Of a stretch of DNA of 41,436 nt, positions 8,736 through 18,453 are shown piece by piece. Origin of the DNA: a virus. Lineage: Duplodnaviria > Caudoviricetes. The position numbers and the translations under genes were made by a program. The notes beneath the pieces are model-generated. The model was not told where the DNA came from, made no database searches, and saw nothing but the letters and a program-made list of their open reading frames with translations. The stretch lies in IMG/VR virus record IMGVR_UViG_3300014202_001565, positions 1 through 41,436 of that record, one strand, 5' to 3'. Positions within the stretch are counted from its first letter, which is position 1; every line of letters begins with the position of its first letter.

Positions 8736-11347
8736 TAATAGCGAACCCTCTCGTTAAGCTGAACCTCGTTTATGACCGCGCCGAGGATAACTGCGTCGTC
8801 GCCAAGGTCTGTCAACGTATCCGACGCCACCCAACCAAAGCTATAGGTGAGTTCCTTTCCTGTTGCCGTAATGGGAAACCTGACCCATGCCTTGCCGGTT
8901 TGAAAGGTCTTGCCGTTGAGGGTCGGGGGTGCCCCGGCCCATTCGACATATGCATTGACGGTCCTGCGATATGCGCCGCCCAAGGTTGCACTTTGCCAAT
9001 AGACGCTGGTTTTTTGGACGTCCGGCACTCCCCCCGTCTTCGCCAAGATCGATGTGCCACCGTCGCGACCGGACCCAGCGTAAGGGTTCTCGACCGGATT
9101 CGCGCTCGTCCAGTCGTACTCCATCATGAGGAGCCGCCCGGAGTGATCCATGACGTAATAGCCGCGACGCTCGGTCGAAGACACATAGCGCAACTTGAGA
9201 TCGTTGGCCGTGCCCGACCAGACGTATTCTTTGAGTTCCCATTGGCGGGAGCCATCAACGGCCGATACCGGCGCGAACCGCATAACCCGCCGGCGTCCGT
9301 TGCAAAGGTTCAGTCCATTGCCAAAGTGGTCTACATATAGCCTCGCGATCGACGTCCAAGCGGTTTGGGTTGACTCCAGCGTCTGCAAAGCCATCAAAGA
9401 ATAGAGGTCTTGTCCCGAAAGCGTGGCTCCGATCCCCAACGCATCGCTAACCTCGATCAGCCGGAAGCCCGAAATACCATCGAAGCTTTGATCGACCAAA
9501 GCGAACCAAATCTTCGTGCCATCTTTAGACAGGAAAGCAACTCCGGGATTCCCGGCGTCATCCTTCCAGAGGCAGCAAGCAAGCTTGTTCGCGCAGCCGA
9601 CCGAGTCGGGCAGCTTCTTGGGAGGCGTAGCTTCGAGCGGGGTATTGCCGACTTGGGCGTACACGCCGTTCGAGCCCAGAATGATAGCGACGTCGCCCAC
9701 GCTGAAGATGGCCAAGGGCTCATCGCCATAGTTATCTGCCAGGCTAAAGGTGTTGCCCTGATTCAGGTCTTCGTCCGGTAAGTTCTCATCAATGTCTTCC
9801 GCGAACCGCTCCGCGTTGCCGATCCGGGTCCATCGAATGTTTCGGTAGCCTCCCTTCGTTCCCCAAATGACACACCCCTTGTGAGGCGTCCCGCAGGTCA
9901 TCATGTCGAACTTGGCCCCGCCCGTTCCGCTGTATAGGGTGGTGATCTGGCGGCAATCGTCCGCGGTGCGGTATTCGGTCCATGTCGACGTCGTCGGGCT
10001 CGTACCGCCGTCATTTTGAGAGACGAGCTGCACCCACTTCCCATCGATGCGCGTGTAAAGCTGAACCTTGTCGACGGCGGCATCGCTGGAAGCCGTCATC
10101 GTGAAGGTGATATGAACGCCAAGCCCATCAAGGCCCGGAACCGGATTGGAGCCAATGAGCTCGGTGTTCGGGATCTTCAGGTATTGCGTACTGCCGCCCT
10201 TGCTGACCCCATAGAGACTCGATTCGAAGTTTGTTGAGGAGATCAGATTGGCGTACGCGAAAAGCCGGTGATCGCCTTCACTAAGAGGGCTCATTCGCAT
10301 GTCCGTCTTGCCGACGGTGTACGGCTTCACTTCAAGGAAACCGGCTTCCTCGATCGAGTCGAAGAAGCATTCGATCTTGACAAACTCCATTGAGCTCCAA
10401 TCGCTCCGGGTCACCTTTTTGAACCGACATCGAATCGTATAGGTGTAGCCGGATGACGCGTTGCCGGATTCAATGACCTTGACTTCCTCCGGAACAAATT
10501 CCGTTCCGGCCGTGTTGAAGAACGTCGGCTTGATCGAGCTGACATTAAGCCGGGAGCCGTTCACCCCGAAAGGCGACGCCGGTTCGACCGGCTTCATGGT
10601 GAACTGAAAGATGTCGTTCTTCGTGTAGTCTTTCGCGCCGCCCGAAGTCTCGGAGATATCTAGCTTAAAACTGCTGACCTGTAGAGCCGCCGTCGAATAA
10701 ATGATCTTCGCGGTGCCGTCTGACAAGACCGACGAACTCAGGGCGCCGGAGGTGTTGAAGAACCCGCCCGTCACGACCATTTCGGCAGCGTTGGTTAAAT
10801 CGATGCCGGTAAAGACTTGAGAGGTGTAGGCCGCGCTGATCGCATAGCCAAGGGCGACGGTGGGAGCGGGAGCAACGCCCATCGGCGTGAAACTCGAATT
10901 ATTTCCGGGGGCATGTTTCCAGACGGGATAAGTGTCGTTCGGATTGATGAAGTAGCTCCACAACGTGCCATCGCTAACGAAGGTGAAAGCGGTCCAATCC
11001 GAGGAATGCAGCGAGACGCCTGAGCCGCCGTTCGTGATCACCGTCGGCGCACCTGTGGAGATATTGCGCGAGTAGGGCCGGGTGGCGACTCCCAAATTCT
11101 CGATGGTAACGAACTCTTCGATCAGGGTGTTGCTGGAGTCGTATCCTTGGATGTATTCAAGGCCCCATACAGAGGCGAACCCGCTTTGAGCCGCTTCTAG
11201 GACGTCGTAGCCTAGGCGTGGCTGAAGGGCTCCGTCCACGAGCCGCATGTTCAACCCAGCCGCCGAGTAAGGGTCCCGAATTATGCCGCCGTGCAGCCTC
11301 GTCTGCAACCCGAGGAACGGGCCGAACTTGCGCTTGAAAGTCTTCAT
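8735..11347 (-). CDS. Tail nozzle / tail tubular protein B-like (870 aa)
   Basis: N-terminus FLGLQTR...NMRLVDGALQPRLGY resembles podovirus nozzle/stabilisation proteins; beta-rich; follows the adaptor gene. Confidence 0.65.
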   Translation of the reverse strand: MKTFKRKFGPFLGLQTRLHGGIIRDPYSAAGLNMRLVDGALQPRLGYDVLEAAQSGFASVWGLEYIQGYDSSNTLIEEFVTIENLGVATRPYSRNISTGAPTVITNGGSGVSLHSSDWTAFTFVSDGTLWSYFINPNDTYPVWKHAPGNNSSFTPMGVAPAPTVALGYAISAAYTSQVFTGIDLTNAAEMVVTGGFFNTSGALSSSVLSDGTAKIIYSTAALQVSSFKLDISETSGGAKDYTKNDIFQFTMKPVEPASPFGVNGSRLNVSSIKPTFFNTAGTEFVPEEVKVIESGNASSGYTYTIRCRFKKVTRSDWSSMEFVKIECFFDSIEEAGFLEVKPYTVGKTDMRMSPLSEGDHRLFAYANLISSTNFESSLYGVSKGGSTQYLKIPNTELIGSNPVPGLDGLGVHITFTMTASSDAAVDKVQLYTRIDGKWVQLVSQNDGGTSPTTSTWTEYRTADDCRQITTLYSGTGGAKFDMMTCGTPHKGCVIWGTKGGYRNIRWTRIGNAERFAEDIDENLPDEDLNQGNTFSLADNYGDEPLAIFSVGDVAIILGSNGVYAQVGNTPLEATPPKKLPDSVGCANKLACCLWKDDAGNPGVAFLSKDGTKIWFALVDQSFDGISGFRLIEVSDALGIGATLSGQDLYSLMALQTLESTQTAWTSIARLYVDHFGNGLNLCNGRRRVMRFAPVSAVDGSRQWELKEYVWSGTANDLKLRYVSSTERRGYYVMDHSGRLLMMEYDWTSANPVENPYAGSGRDGGTSILAKTGGVPDVQKTSVYWQSATLGGAYRRTVNAYVEWAGAPPTLNGKTFQTGKAWVRFPITATGKELTYSFGWVASDTLTDLGDDAVILGAVINEVQLNERVRY

Positions 11348-12069
11348 CAGAGGTCGATAAAGTCGGGGTAGGGCGTGGGTGAAAACGAGAAGCGGGAGAT
11401 CATGTTTTGGTTCTCAGACTTCGTTTCCTGAATGGCATCATAGGCCCGTGCGCTATATCTTTTAACGCGCTGTAAAGCTTCGTCGGCGGCGATCTGTGGA
11501 TCGGAGGCATACACCGCGGTCACAAAGCAAACCGCTTCATGCAGATCGATCGGGATGTCGGGTTCGGTAGAGTCGCCGCTTCCATTGACCAGCGGCGGTG
11601 CGTAAACTCGACCGGCTAAGAAGTTGCTCCCGTCGCTGATCACCTGAGCGGAAGGGGCGGGGTCGAGAATGATCTTCCCCTCATTGAATTGCACGGCGCG
11701 AACCGGAACTCCGGCGTCATGCGCCTCCCAAGAGGGATATTCGGTTTCCAGTTGAGCGTAAGACCAGAGCCCCACTTGGTCGGTGCCATATTTGCGGAGC
11801 TTCTTTCCGTTAATGGTGACCGAGTAGACCCGGATCATCTTTTGGGTGACGACGGGCGTCGTGGTGTCTTGCACATTCTGAATGGCCTGAGACGCAACCG
11901 GGGTGAGGGTGACCTTCGGGTTGAAAAGGTAGATCTCCCGGCTTACCCATCGGAGTCCAGCATTGAGCTGCGTGGTTAAGTCCGCAGCTCCCGGCGTTTC
12001 GCCTTTGAAGTTGTCGAGGTCCAAAGCTAGGAGTTCCCCGACCAGTGTTCGCATTTCGCTCAGAGTCAT
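11347..12069 (-). CDS. Head-tail adaptor / tail tubular protein A-like (240 aa)
   Basis: MTLSEMRTLV start and PDIPIDLHEAV motif typical of podovirus adaptors; position. Confidence 0.7.
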   Translation of the reverse strand: MTLSEMRTLVGELLALDLDNFKGETPGAADLTTQLNAGLRWVSREIYLFNPKVTLTPVASQAIQNVQDTTTPVVTQKMIRVYSVTINGKKLRKYGTDQVGLWSYAQLETEYPSWEAHDAGVPVRAVQFNEGKIILDPAPSAQVISDGSNFLAGRVYAPPLVNGSGDSTEPDIPIDLHEAVCFVTAVYASDPQIAADEALQRVKRYSARAYDAIQETKSENQNMISRFSFSPTPYPDFIDL

Positions 12070-12077
12070 AAGCTTCT

Positions 12078-12105
12078 AAAAAAGCCCCTCCCCGAAGGGA
12101 GAGGC
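12078..12105 (-). terminator. Rho-independent terminator after the head genes
   Basis: Minus strand GCCTCTCCC-TTCG-GGGAGGGGC followed by TTTTTT. Confidence 0.85.
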
Positions 12106-12112
12106 AAGGTTG

Positions 12113-12472
12113 CTACTCGGCTGTTTCCGATGTCTTCTTAGGCGTGCGCTTCTTCGCCGGAGGCTTTGAGCCCTTGGGCTTCTCCTTTGGCTTGGAAGGC
12201 GTCGATGGCGGCGTTTCGGCGGGCGGCGATGCGACCACGGTCGTAACCGACGGCAGTTCGCTTGACCCGTCCGAAACCGTCTGCATGGGAGCGGTCCCCT
12301 GAGCATCTTCCATCCCTTCAAAGGCGGGAGTTTCCTCGGGGGGTTCAGGATTGGGGAGAGGGAAATGAGCATCAAGCTGACGCCGGATATCATTTGCCGC
12401 CTCCTCGGTAACGTGGGCCGAGTATGTGCGCCCCTGAATAGCGCACACCACGGCCAGGCAGATTGTTTTCAT
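12113..12472 (-). CDS. Hypothetical protein with Pro/Lys-rich low-complexity C-terminus (119 aa)
   Basis: TAATG coupling to the upstream gene; ends just before the terminator. Confidence 0.65.
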   Translation of the reverse strand: MKTICLAVVCAIQGRTYSAHVTEEAANDIRRQLDAHFPLPNPEPPEETPAFEGMEDAQGTAPMQTVSDGSSELPSVTTVVASPPAETPPSTPSKPKEKPKGSKPPAKKRTPKKTSETAE

Positions 12473-13278
12473 TACGCATCGACCTCGAAGAGAGCGAAGT
12501 CGACGACTCCGTATCTCTGCGTCGTGCCATTGACCCGGAAGGCAAGAATCGCCCGAAGGGTCGCGGCGGTCGTTGCAAGCATCGTGTAGATGGCCGTGAC
12601 CTGGTTAGCGGTCATTTGAGTGACGTAGCCGTTCACGATCCATTGACCCCAACTATCGCTTGCCGAGTCCCCAGCCTTGAACTTGATGCCAAGCTCAACA
12701 AAGGTTCCGGCAACCAGGCTTACCGCACTGGCGGTTCCGTCTGAGTCGTTGAAGCTTGTCAGGTCATCGGCGGCTTGCGAGTTCTCGATGACCCTGCCCG
12801 TGAGGCCGGCGTTGTCGTGAACCTTGATGAAGTACACGCCGTCCGCTGGCGCACTCGAACCGGGAACCGTCGAAGTGCTCGTAACAAAGCCCGCTACAAA
12901 GCCGAATGACGTCGCATGACTCACGTAAAGCCGTGCCGTCATCGTCCAGACCTTGTCAGCCGCGATCGTGGCCGTAACCTTCGAAGCCGTCGTGATATCG
13001 TCTTCGTCGGTGGCCGGATCGGCGGTTGTGAAGTGAAGGCCGTCGGCCCCCATTGCGATGGTCGAAGAGTTCTCCTTTGTCTCCTCGTAGTTGGCGGCGA
13101 CGTATGGCCACCAAGGGCCAATCGCCATCAGTGTCTTCTTGCCGCCCAAGGCCGAAGCGAAGGGGTTCGCGGCATGAAAGGCGTATTTCAGATTGCTCCG
13201 GTGGACGTGCATCCGCGAAAGATCAGATGACGCTTGCCCGGGGTGCGTCGGAATCCCGACGTCAATTTGTGTGCCCAA
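12472..13278 (-). CDS. Putative capsid decoration / minor capsid protein, beta-sandwich (268 aa)
   Basis: Directly downstream of the capsid gene; AAGGAG RBS; beta-strand pattern; similar by eye to 20905..21693. Confidence 0.55.
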   Translation of the reverse strand: MGTQIDVGIPTHPGQASSDLSRMHVHRSNLKYAFHAANPFASALGGKKTLMAIGPWWPYVAANYEETKENSSTIAMGADGLHFTTADPATDEDDITTASKVTATIAADKVWTMTARLYVSHATSFGFVAGFVTSTSTVPGSSAPADGVYFIKVHDNAGLTGRVIENSQAADDLTSFNDSDGTASAVSLVAGTFVELGIKFKAGDSASDSWGQWIVNGYVTQMTANQVTAIYTMLATTAATLRAILAFRVNGTTQRYGVVDFALFEVDA

Positions 13279-13292
13279 TGTTTTCTCCTTAA

Positions 13293-13314
13293 GGGCGGGC
13301 GTAATCGCCCGCCC
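13293..13314. other. GC-rich stem-loop downstream of capsid gene (mRNA stability or processing?)
   Basis: GGGCGGGCG-TAAT-CGCCCGCCC, no U tract. Confidence 0.55.
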
Positions 13315-13329
13315 AAGGTCGTTGCTTTC

Positions 13330-14373
13330 TTAGGACTCGATCCCCAAGAGAAGCTGGGAGCCGTTCGGCCGCTTGCATAGGAACTGCGCGAAGATGTCGA
13401 AGGGAGCCACGTACATGGCCTTGACACCCGGGTCGCGAATCCAAAGCGACTTGGCGTCGAAGAGATCGACGTCCTTTCGCCAGAAGCCCCAGTCTTCACT
13501 GGTACCGTGGCCGAGGGTGCCCTCTTCTGCCCGCTGATCGAGCAAGTAATCGACGCTGCCGAAGCCAACCCAAATGCCCTTGAACTCGTTCATAGAGTCC
13601 TTCTGGGTGATGTGGGTGTACTGCGTCACCGCGTTCCAGATGTAGCTGTAAACGTTGGTTCCGCAGATTCCGAAGTCGGGCGGCGGGCCACCATTGACCA
13701 CGATGTCCAGGATGCTCTTTTGGAGCTTCTGGACGGTGATCGCGCGTACTCCAACTTGAGTCGTCGCGCCCCGAAGATCGGCGTTTGCCGCATCGGACCG
13801 GTCCAGACCATAGGTCGCGTAGGTGGCTTCGGACCCCGAAGTTCCGTCGCTCATTGCGTGACGCCAAGTTCCGAGTGAGGTTTGGTAGTTCGATACGGCC
13901 GAGGTCGAGTTCATGCCGTTGCCGAGCTTCTTCTCGATCGAGAGCGTAATCTGTCGGAATCGCTTTTTGAAGAATTCCGCGCCCTTGCGCTCCTTACCCG
14001 CGATCTTCGTCCACTCCGAAACCGGGATTCCCGGCTTATGGTTGTAGTGGGTGAAGTCGAACTCAACCGCTCCCCAATAGTCGTCCGCGGCGGTGATAGA
14101 AGCCGAAGCCCCTTCACCGGAAACGCCATTGGCGATGGTGTCGATATCGTCCAGCTTGCCAAGGAAGGTGATTTCGACCTTGTTACCGGTCACCTTCTCC
14201 ATGCGCTCGAACTTGAATCCGCCTTCCGGCGTTTTCGTTTTCTTGCCCAGGATCTTGTAGAGCAGTCCGTTGTGCTTGCGAACCATCTCGATCGGCATGT
14301 CGTTCGACCAGAGTTGGTTCCACGTGTTGGCGAGGAAGTTAGTGTTGAGTGATGTTCCGGCCCATAGAGCCAT
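13330..14373 (-). CDS. Major capsid protein (347 aa)
   Basis: Size, position after scaffold, GGAGG RBS, capsid-like sequence pattern (GPPPDFGIC, AQFLCKRPNGSQLLLGI). Confidence 0.8.
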   Translation of the reverse strand: MALWAGTSLNTNFLANTWNQLWSNDMPIEMVRKHNGLLYKILGKKTKTPEGGFKFERMEKVTGNKVEITFLGKLDDIDTIANGVSGEGASASITAADDYWGAVEFDFTHYNHKPGIPVSEWTKIAGKERKGAEFFKKRFRQITLSIEKKLGNGMNSTSAVSNYQTSLGTWRHAMSDGTSGSEATYATYGLDRSDAANADLRGATTQVGVRAITVQKLQKSILDIVVNGGPPPDFGICGTNVYSYIWNAVTQYTHITQKDSMNEFKGIWVGFGSVDYLLDQRAEEGTLGHGTSEDWGFWRKDVDLFDAKSLWIRDPGVKAMYVAPFDIFAQFLCKRPNGSQLLLGIES

Positions 14374-14417
14374 GTCGAACCTCCGTTTCGGTCGGTCCGA
14401 CGCTAAGTCGAGTGAAG

Positions 14418-15428
14418 CTACTCGCCCGTGCCAGAAGCTACGCGCTCGTACATGTCATCCCAATCCTCATCCTTCGCGATTGGCCGCTCCGGATTGCGGC
14501 TTGCGCCGCGATTGAGGGTGGGAGCCCGCTTTTGCCCTTTCGAAGAAGCCACCTTGGATTTGTGGTCAGCGTAATCGTCGGGGAACGCCGCTTTCGCCGC
14601 GTGTAGGGGGTCGAGGTTCGGGAACTTCTGCATAGCTTCCGCGACCTTCGCGGGAGAGAGCTTCCATCCCGTCGTCGATCGCAGCCGCTGTGCGACTTGT
14701 TCAGCCCTGGTTTGTAGCTTTTGAGCTTCCTGTTGACGTTGAGTTTCCGCTTTCTGACGGTCTTCAGCTTCCCGCTGCTTGACGGCGTCTCGGCGGTCCT
14801 TCTCTCGCATTTCCCAGCGGAGTAGGCGCAACTGGTAATCGTTACGCATCTCTCCCTTGGAGTCCCAACCTTCTTCGTCCCACTTTTCAAAGTCGGGCTC
14901 TTCCGGCATAGGGTCCTTCGGATCAAGCTGCTTTGATTGCTCCGAGTCCTGGGATTCTTCCGCAAAGGATTTGCCGACCAGTTGGGAAGCAAGTTCCTCT
15001 GGTGACATCTTGCGGGCTTTAGCCATAACCTCAAAGGCTCCCCTCAGGTTTTCGACGGGGGCGTCAAAGAGCACAAGGGACATGTTTTGTTCCCGAGTGA
15101 TCGTCTCTTTGAAGCGAGCCTCGTATTCCTTTAGGGACTTCGAGAGTTCCGGCTTGCTTTTTAGGGCGTCGTAAATGCCCTCGTCTAGGGTTGGCTCGTT
15201 GCCGTTTTTGTCGGATAGGTCTTCGTCTTCCGATGCGTCGGTATCGTCGTCGTCTTCGCTATCCTCGGCGTCCTGATCGTCGTCATCGTCTGCGTCCGCA
15301 TCCTGATGTTGATCACGGTTTCCAGCGGGCTTGGCGGCGCCGCTCTCGGGGGTGTCGTCTTCGTCTTCGTCGTGGTTGTCGCCACTAATTGCCGCGTCGT
15401 ACGCGGAATCGAGTTCTTCGTCTTCCAT
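14418..15428 (-). CDS. Capsid scaffolding protein (336 aa)
   Basis: Very acidic N-terminus, coiled coil, located between portal and capsid genes. Confidence 0.7.
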   Translation of the reverse strand: MEDEELDSAYDAAISGDNHDEDEDDTPESGAAKPAGNRDQHQDADADDDDDQDAEDSEDDDDTDASEDEDLSDKNGNEPTLDEGIYDALKSKPELSKSLKEYEARFKETITREQNMSLVLFDAPVENLRGAFEVMAKARKMSPEELASQLVGKSFAEESQDSEQSKQLDPKDPMPEEPDFEKWDEEGWDSKGEMRNDYQLRLLRWEMREKDRRDAVKQREAEDRQKAETQRQQEAQKLQTRAEQVAQRLRSTTGWKLSPAKVAEAMQKFPNLDPLHAAKAAFPDDYADHKSKVASSKGQKRAPTLNRGASRNPERPIAKDEDWDDMYERVASGTGE

Positions 15429-15476
15429 TAGGTGAAGTGCTCCTTATAGCTGGGGGTTGTCGCCCCCAAATCGTGT

Positions 15477-17108
15477 TTAGACCGGCACCGCCGGTTGCGC
15501 TGGTTGGCCCGTGGCAGGATCCACGGGCGGCGCGGGCGGTTGGGCCATCGCTTCGGCCATATCGTCTTCGCCCATCGCTTCCAAAAGCTTTTTGAGGAGC
15601 CAGGCGGGGTTTGCTCCAAACTTTCCAGCCATGGCCAAGCGGGCGGCTTCGCGCTCGATTTCTTGGTCGGCGTCAACAGCCTTAAGACTTGCCGCGTCCA
15701 GCAAAATCCGGCTCGGCTCCATGAACCATTGGTCAAGAGCGGTCACAGGGTTCGCCGGATCGTTGATCAGCAGGTTTCGCCCGTTGATGTCGAGCCATCG
15801 GGGTTGCCGGTCATATCGCTTGGCGAAAGCGAAGGTGGTCTTAGCGGATCGGATAAAGAACTTTGTCGCTTGCAGTTCGGCCCAGCTTTGAGCGATCTTG
15901 CCGCGTTGGTCCAAGAGTTGAACCTCGCCGAGGGTCTTGTCTTGGGTCGTGGTGTTCCCGCGGTCGATGTCGCTTTGGCCAGAGTCTGCGCTATACTGCC
16001 GATCCCAGAGTTGGTACATCGAGAAGAGACTCGAAGCAATCTCCATCCCGTTGAACACCTCGAGGGCGGGCGTGTTGGTCCCCGGAGGCGGGCTCTTGAG
16101 CCTCGCCCGGAGCTGCGTTCCCGCGAGGATGCCCTGCAAGTCGTCAGGATCGAACCGGCTAACGTCAAAGCCCTGGAAGCCAGGCATCTTGAGGATTTGC
16201 CGCATGGCCCTCTCGATGTGGTTAATCATTTCCTGCGTCGGAATCTGGAAAGCGATCTGACCAATCCCTCGGAACATTCCCGGCAGCAGAACATGAAGAT
16301 AGTAGGATGTAGGCAGCCGGTTCCCGATCGGGTTCTCACGACGATAGCAAACACCCTCGCCGTCGAGAGTGCCAAGCAACGTGGCCATCGTGGGAGTTCC
16401 GCCATCCCAACCGCGATCGTAGTACCGGATTACTCGACATTGCTTAACCGTGTAGTTTCCGCTGCTTTGTTGAGTGTTCCGAACCGCTCTTTCAGCCTTG
16501 TCTTTGCCGTAAATCTGAACCGCGATGTCATAGTCGATGTAATCAACGAATGCGATGACCCGGCTCTTAGCGGGGTTCCTCGCCGTGCGATCCCAAAAGG
16601 TCTGCAAAAGAGGGGAATGCCGGCAAGTCGTCCGCTGAAAGCCTGATTCCGGGATATCTTCCATCCCGTGCTCAACCCAGCCCATTCCGTGGCCCTGGCC
16701 GTCCATGAACGCGGAATCATGCTCCGTAGCCCAACCGTCATCGGTAAAGTCGCCCTGGTCAGAGCTGCTCTCGGAATAGCACTCCTCGTAGTATTTGCTC
16801 CGAACCAAGCCGACGACGGCGGGCACGTCGGGGCATGTGATCTTGGGCGTCTGCTGCATGACCGAAGTCAAGGCCCAAAACTGCGCGTTGGCGATGCGCC
16901 TGGATGCGCCCGTCTCCGCAAAAGTCGGCGTCGTATCGCCATAGTCGGGAAGGTCGCCATCGTGCTTTGGGGCAAGCGCAGCTTGGGAGTCCCATTTCTC
17001 TCCGAATGCGTACAGCTGTTCGCGCCGAACCCGCGTGTAATACCGCTGGTCGTAGCATGAGAGAATGTTCTCGCGAATCTGCTCTTTGGAAGTCAGCTTG
17101 CCTTTCAT
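15477..17108 (-). CDS. Portal protein (543 aa)
   Basis: Size, position downstream of terminase, SGQSDIDRG...KTLGEVQLL motif similar to P22-type portals. Confidence 0.8.
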   Translation of the reverse strand: MKGKLTSKEQIRENILSCYDQRYYTRVRREQLYAFGEKWDSQAALAPKHDGDLPDYGDTTPTFAETGASRRIANAQFWALTSVMQQTPKITCPDVPAVVGLVRSKYYEECYSESSSDQGDFTDDGWATEHDSAFMDGQGHGMGWVEHGMEDIPESGFQRTTCRHSPLLQTFWDRTARNPAKSRVIAFVDYIDYDIAVQIYGKDKAERAVRNTQQSSGNYTVKQCRVIRYYDRGWDGGTPTMATLLGTLDGEGVCYRRENPIGNRLPTSYYLHVLLPGMFRGIGQIAFQIPTQEMINHIERAMRQILKMPGFQGFDVSRFDPDDLQGILAGTQLRARLKSPPPGTNTPALEVFNGMEIASSLFSMYQLWDRQYSADSGQSDIDRGNTTTQDKTLGEVQLLDQRGKIAQSWAELQATKFFIRSAKTTFAFAKRYDRQPRWLDINGRNLLINDPANPVTALDQWFMEPSRILLDAASLKAVDADQEIEREAARLAMAGKFGANPAWLLKKLLEAMGEDDMAEAMAQPPAPPVDPATGQPAQPAVPV

Positions 17109-17425
17109 TAGTAGTGTCGTTTCTTAAGGTGCTCGGGACATTGGGGCCGCAGTTCAAGCGGGCCCCGTTCGCAAATGGTCACTTCCCCGCTAAGGATTTG
17201 CTCGGACATATCCTCGTAGTGCTTTTGCACTCGCCTGACTGCTTCCAGCTCGCCCGGCGGGAGATCGTTCAAGTTTCGATAACGCTCATCCGGGAGGGCG
17301 TTAAAGGTATTGGCTGCGTCGACCTTCTCGGCCATTTCGCCGCACTCGCACCGGCCACATTCTTTTCGAGTCGTGACGTCGTAGAACGTGGCCCCGCAAG
17401 TGCATTGATATTGAAACTGAGGCAT
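17108..17425 (-). CDS. Small zinc-ribbon protein, FmdB-like (105 aa)
   Basis: MPQFQYQCTCG...RCECG; TAATG coupling on both sides. Confidence 0.7.
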   Translation of the reverse strand: MPQFQYQCTCGATFYDVTTRKECGRCECGEMAEKVDAANTFNALPDERYRNLNDLPPGELEAVRRVQKHYEDMSEQILSGEVTICERGPLELRPQCPEHLKKRHY

Positions 17426-18453
17426 TAAGCGACCTCGAACACACAGCCGGCGAGTCGGTCCGGGAAGATGCGCCGCTTTGTTTTCGTGGCATCGACGACT
17501 TCGCGGGAGCGGTCGATTTGAGCCTGTAGTTGCTCTACCTCTGCCTTTCTCGACGCGAGTTCTCGCTGGCCCTCGGCGTAGGCTTTCGGGTCTTTGCGAT
17601 ACGACTCCAAAACCTTCTCGATGTCTTTGATGCGGCGCACGTGAGGAGCCATTTCCCTTTCGAAGCGTGAAATGAAGTCTTGGGCCCGCCGGAAGTCGGC
17701 GTAACCGGTCGTGGTTTCGAGAACGATGCCCTTATCGGTGACCTGGGTCAAATAGTGCGTCCCGTCTGGAGCCGTGTATTCGGGCTTGAAGCGGGCAAAC
17801 TCCGGAAGCTTGTCATGGCGGCCAACCTGCATCATGAGGAGCCGAATGACGGGCATAGGCAGCTTGATCGTCTTTACGGGTTCTACAGGCTCCTCGGCAG
17901 CAAGGTCAACTCCCGCTTTGTACGGAGTCGCCAAAGCCATCAAGAATGCCACTTGAAGGTCCCTATCGTCCTGTTCGGTGAAAGCCTGACCGTCGTCGTG
18001 GGCCATTTTGTTCCTGAACGTCAAAGCGAATTGCCGGGCGTGGGCCAGTGTGAGCGCGTCTCGCTCCTCCGTTTTCGCCCATTCTGAGAGCGGAATAAAA
18101 TGATGCTGCCGCAAGTCTAGTGCACCGCGGAGGCGCACGAACGCCGTGAAAAGGAACTTGACATCTCTTGGGAAGCCGATGCACCCTTCGACGTCGAAGC
18201 AGCCGACTTCGATTGATTCAATGATGCTCTCAGCAGAAACACCATTCTGTTCCTTGATCGTGTCGGGCGAATCGAGCCGAGTTGCTATTTCATCCTGGGC
18301 AGCCTTGATTTGCTCCATTGGCCGCATATCGTCCGGCTTGGGCGTCAGATCGATTTCAGTAGCCGAATCCGTCGTCTCCGCTTGCTTCGGCAATGGCGAG
18401 TTTGAGTCTTCGGTAGTACTCGGGGCTGCCGTGGATTGGGGTTTCTTCCTCAT
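17425..18453 (-). CDS. Hypothetical protein with C-terminal coiled coil (~342 aa)
   Basis: Long ORF; ATG at 18453 with AGGAG RBS lies inside the 3' end of terL. Confidence 0.7.
   Translation of the reverse strand: MRKKPQSTAAPSTTEDSNSPLPKQAETTDSATEIDLTPKPDDMRPMEQIKAAQDEIATRLDSPDTIKEQNGVSAESIIESIEVGCFDVEGCIGFPRDVKFLFTAFVRLRGALDLRQHHFIPLSEWAKTEERDALTLAHARQFALTFRNKMAHDDGQAFTEQDDRDLQVAFLMALATPYKAGVDLAAEEPVEPVKTIKLPMPVIRLLMMQVGRHDKLPEFARFKPEYTAPDGTHYLTQVTDKGIVLETTTGYADFRRAQDFISRFEREMAPHVRRIKDIEKVLESYRKDPKAYAEGQRELASRKAEVEQLQAQIDRSREVVDATKTKRRIFPDRLAGCVFEVA

Noticed and set aside
15230-15380. GAC/GAT-rich low-complexity tract
   Set aside because: Encodes the Asp/Glu-rich N-terminus of the scaffold protein
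15495-16646. 383-aa plus-strand ORF antisense to the portal gene
   Set aside because: Shadow ORF expected from codon bias in GC-rich DNA; no recognisable motifs
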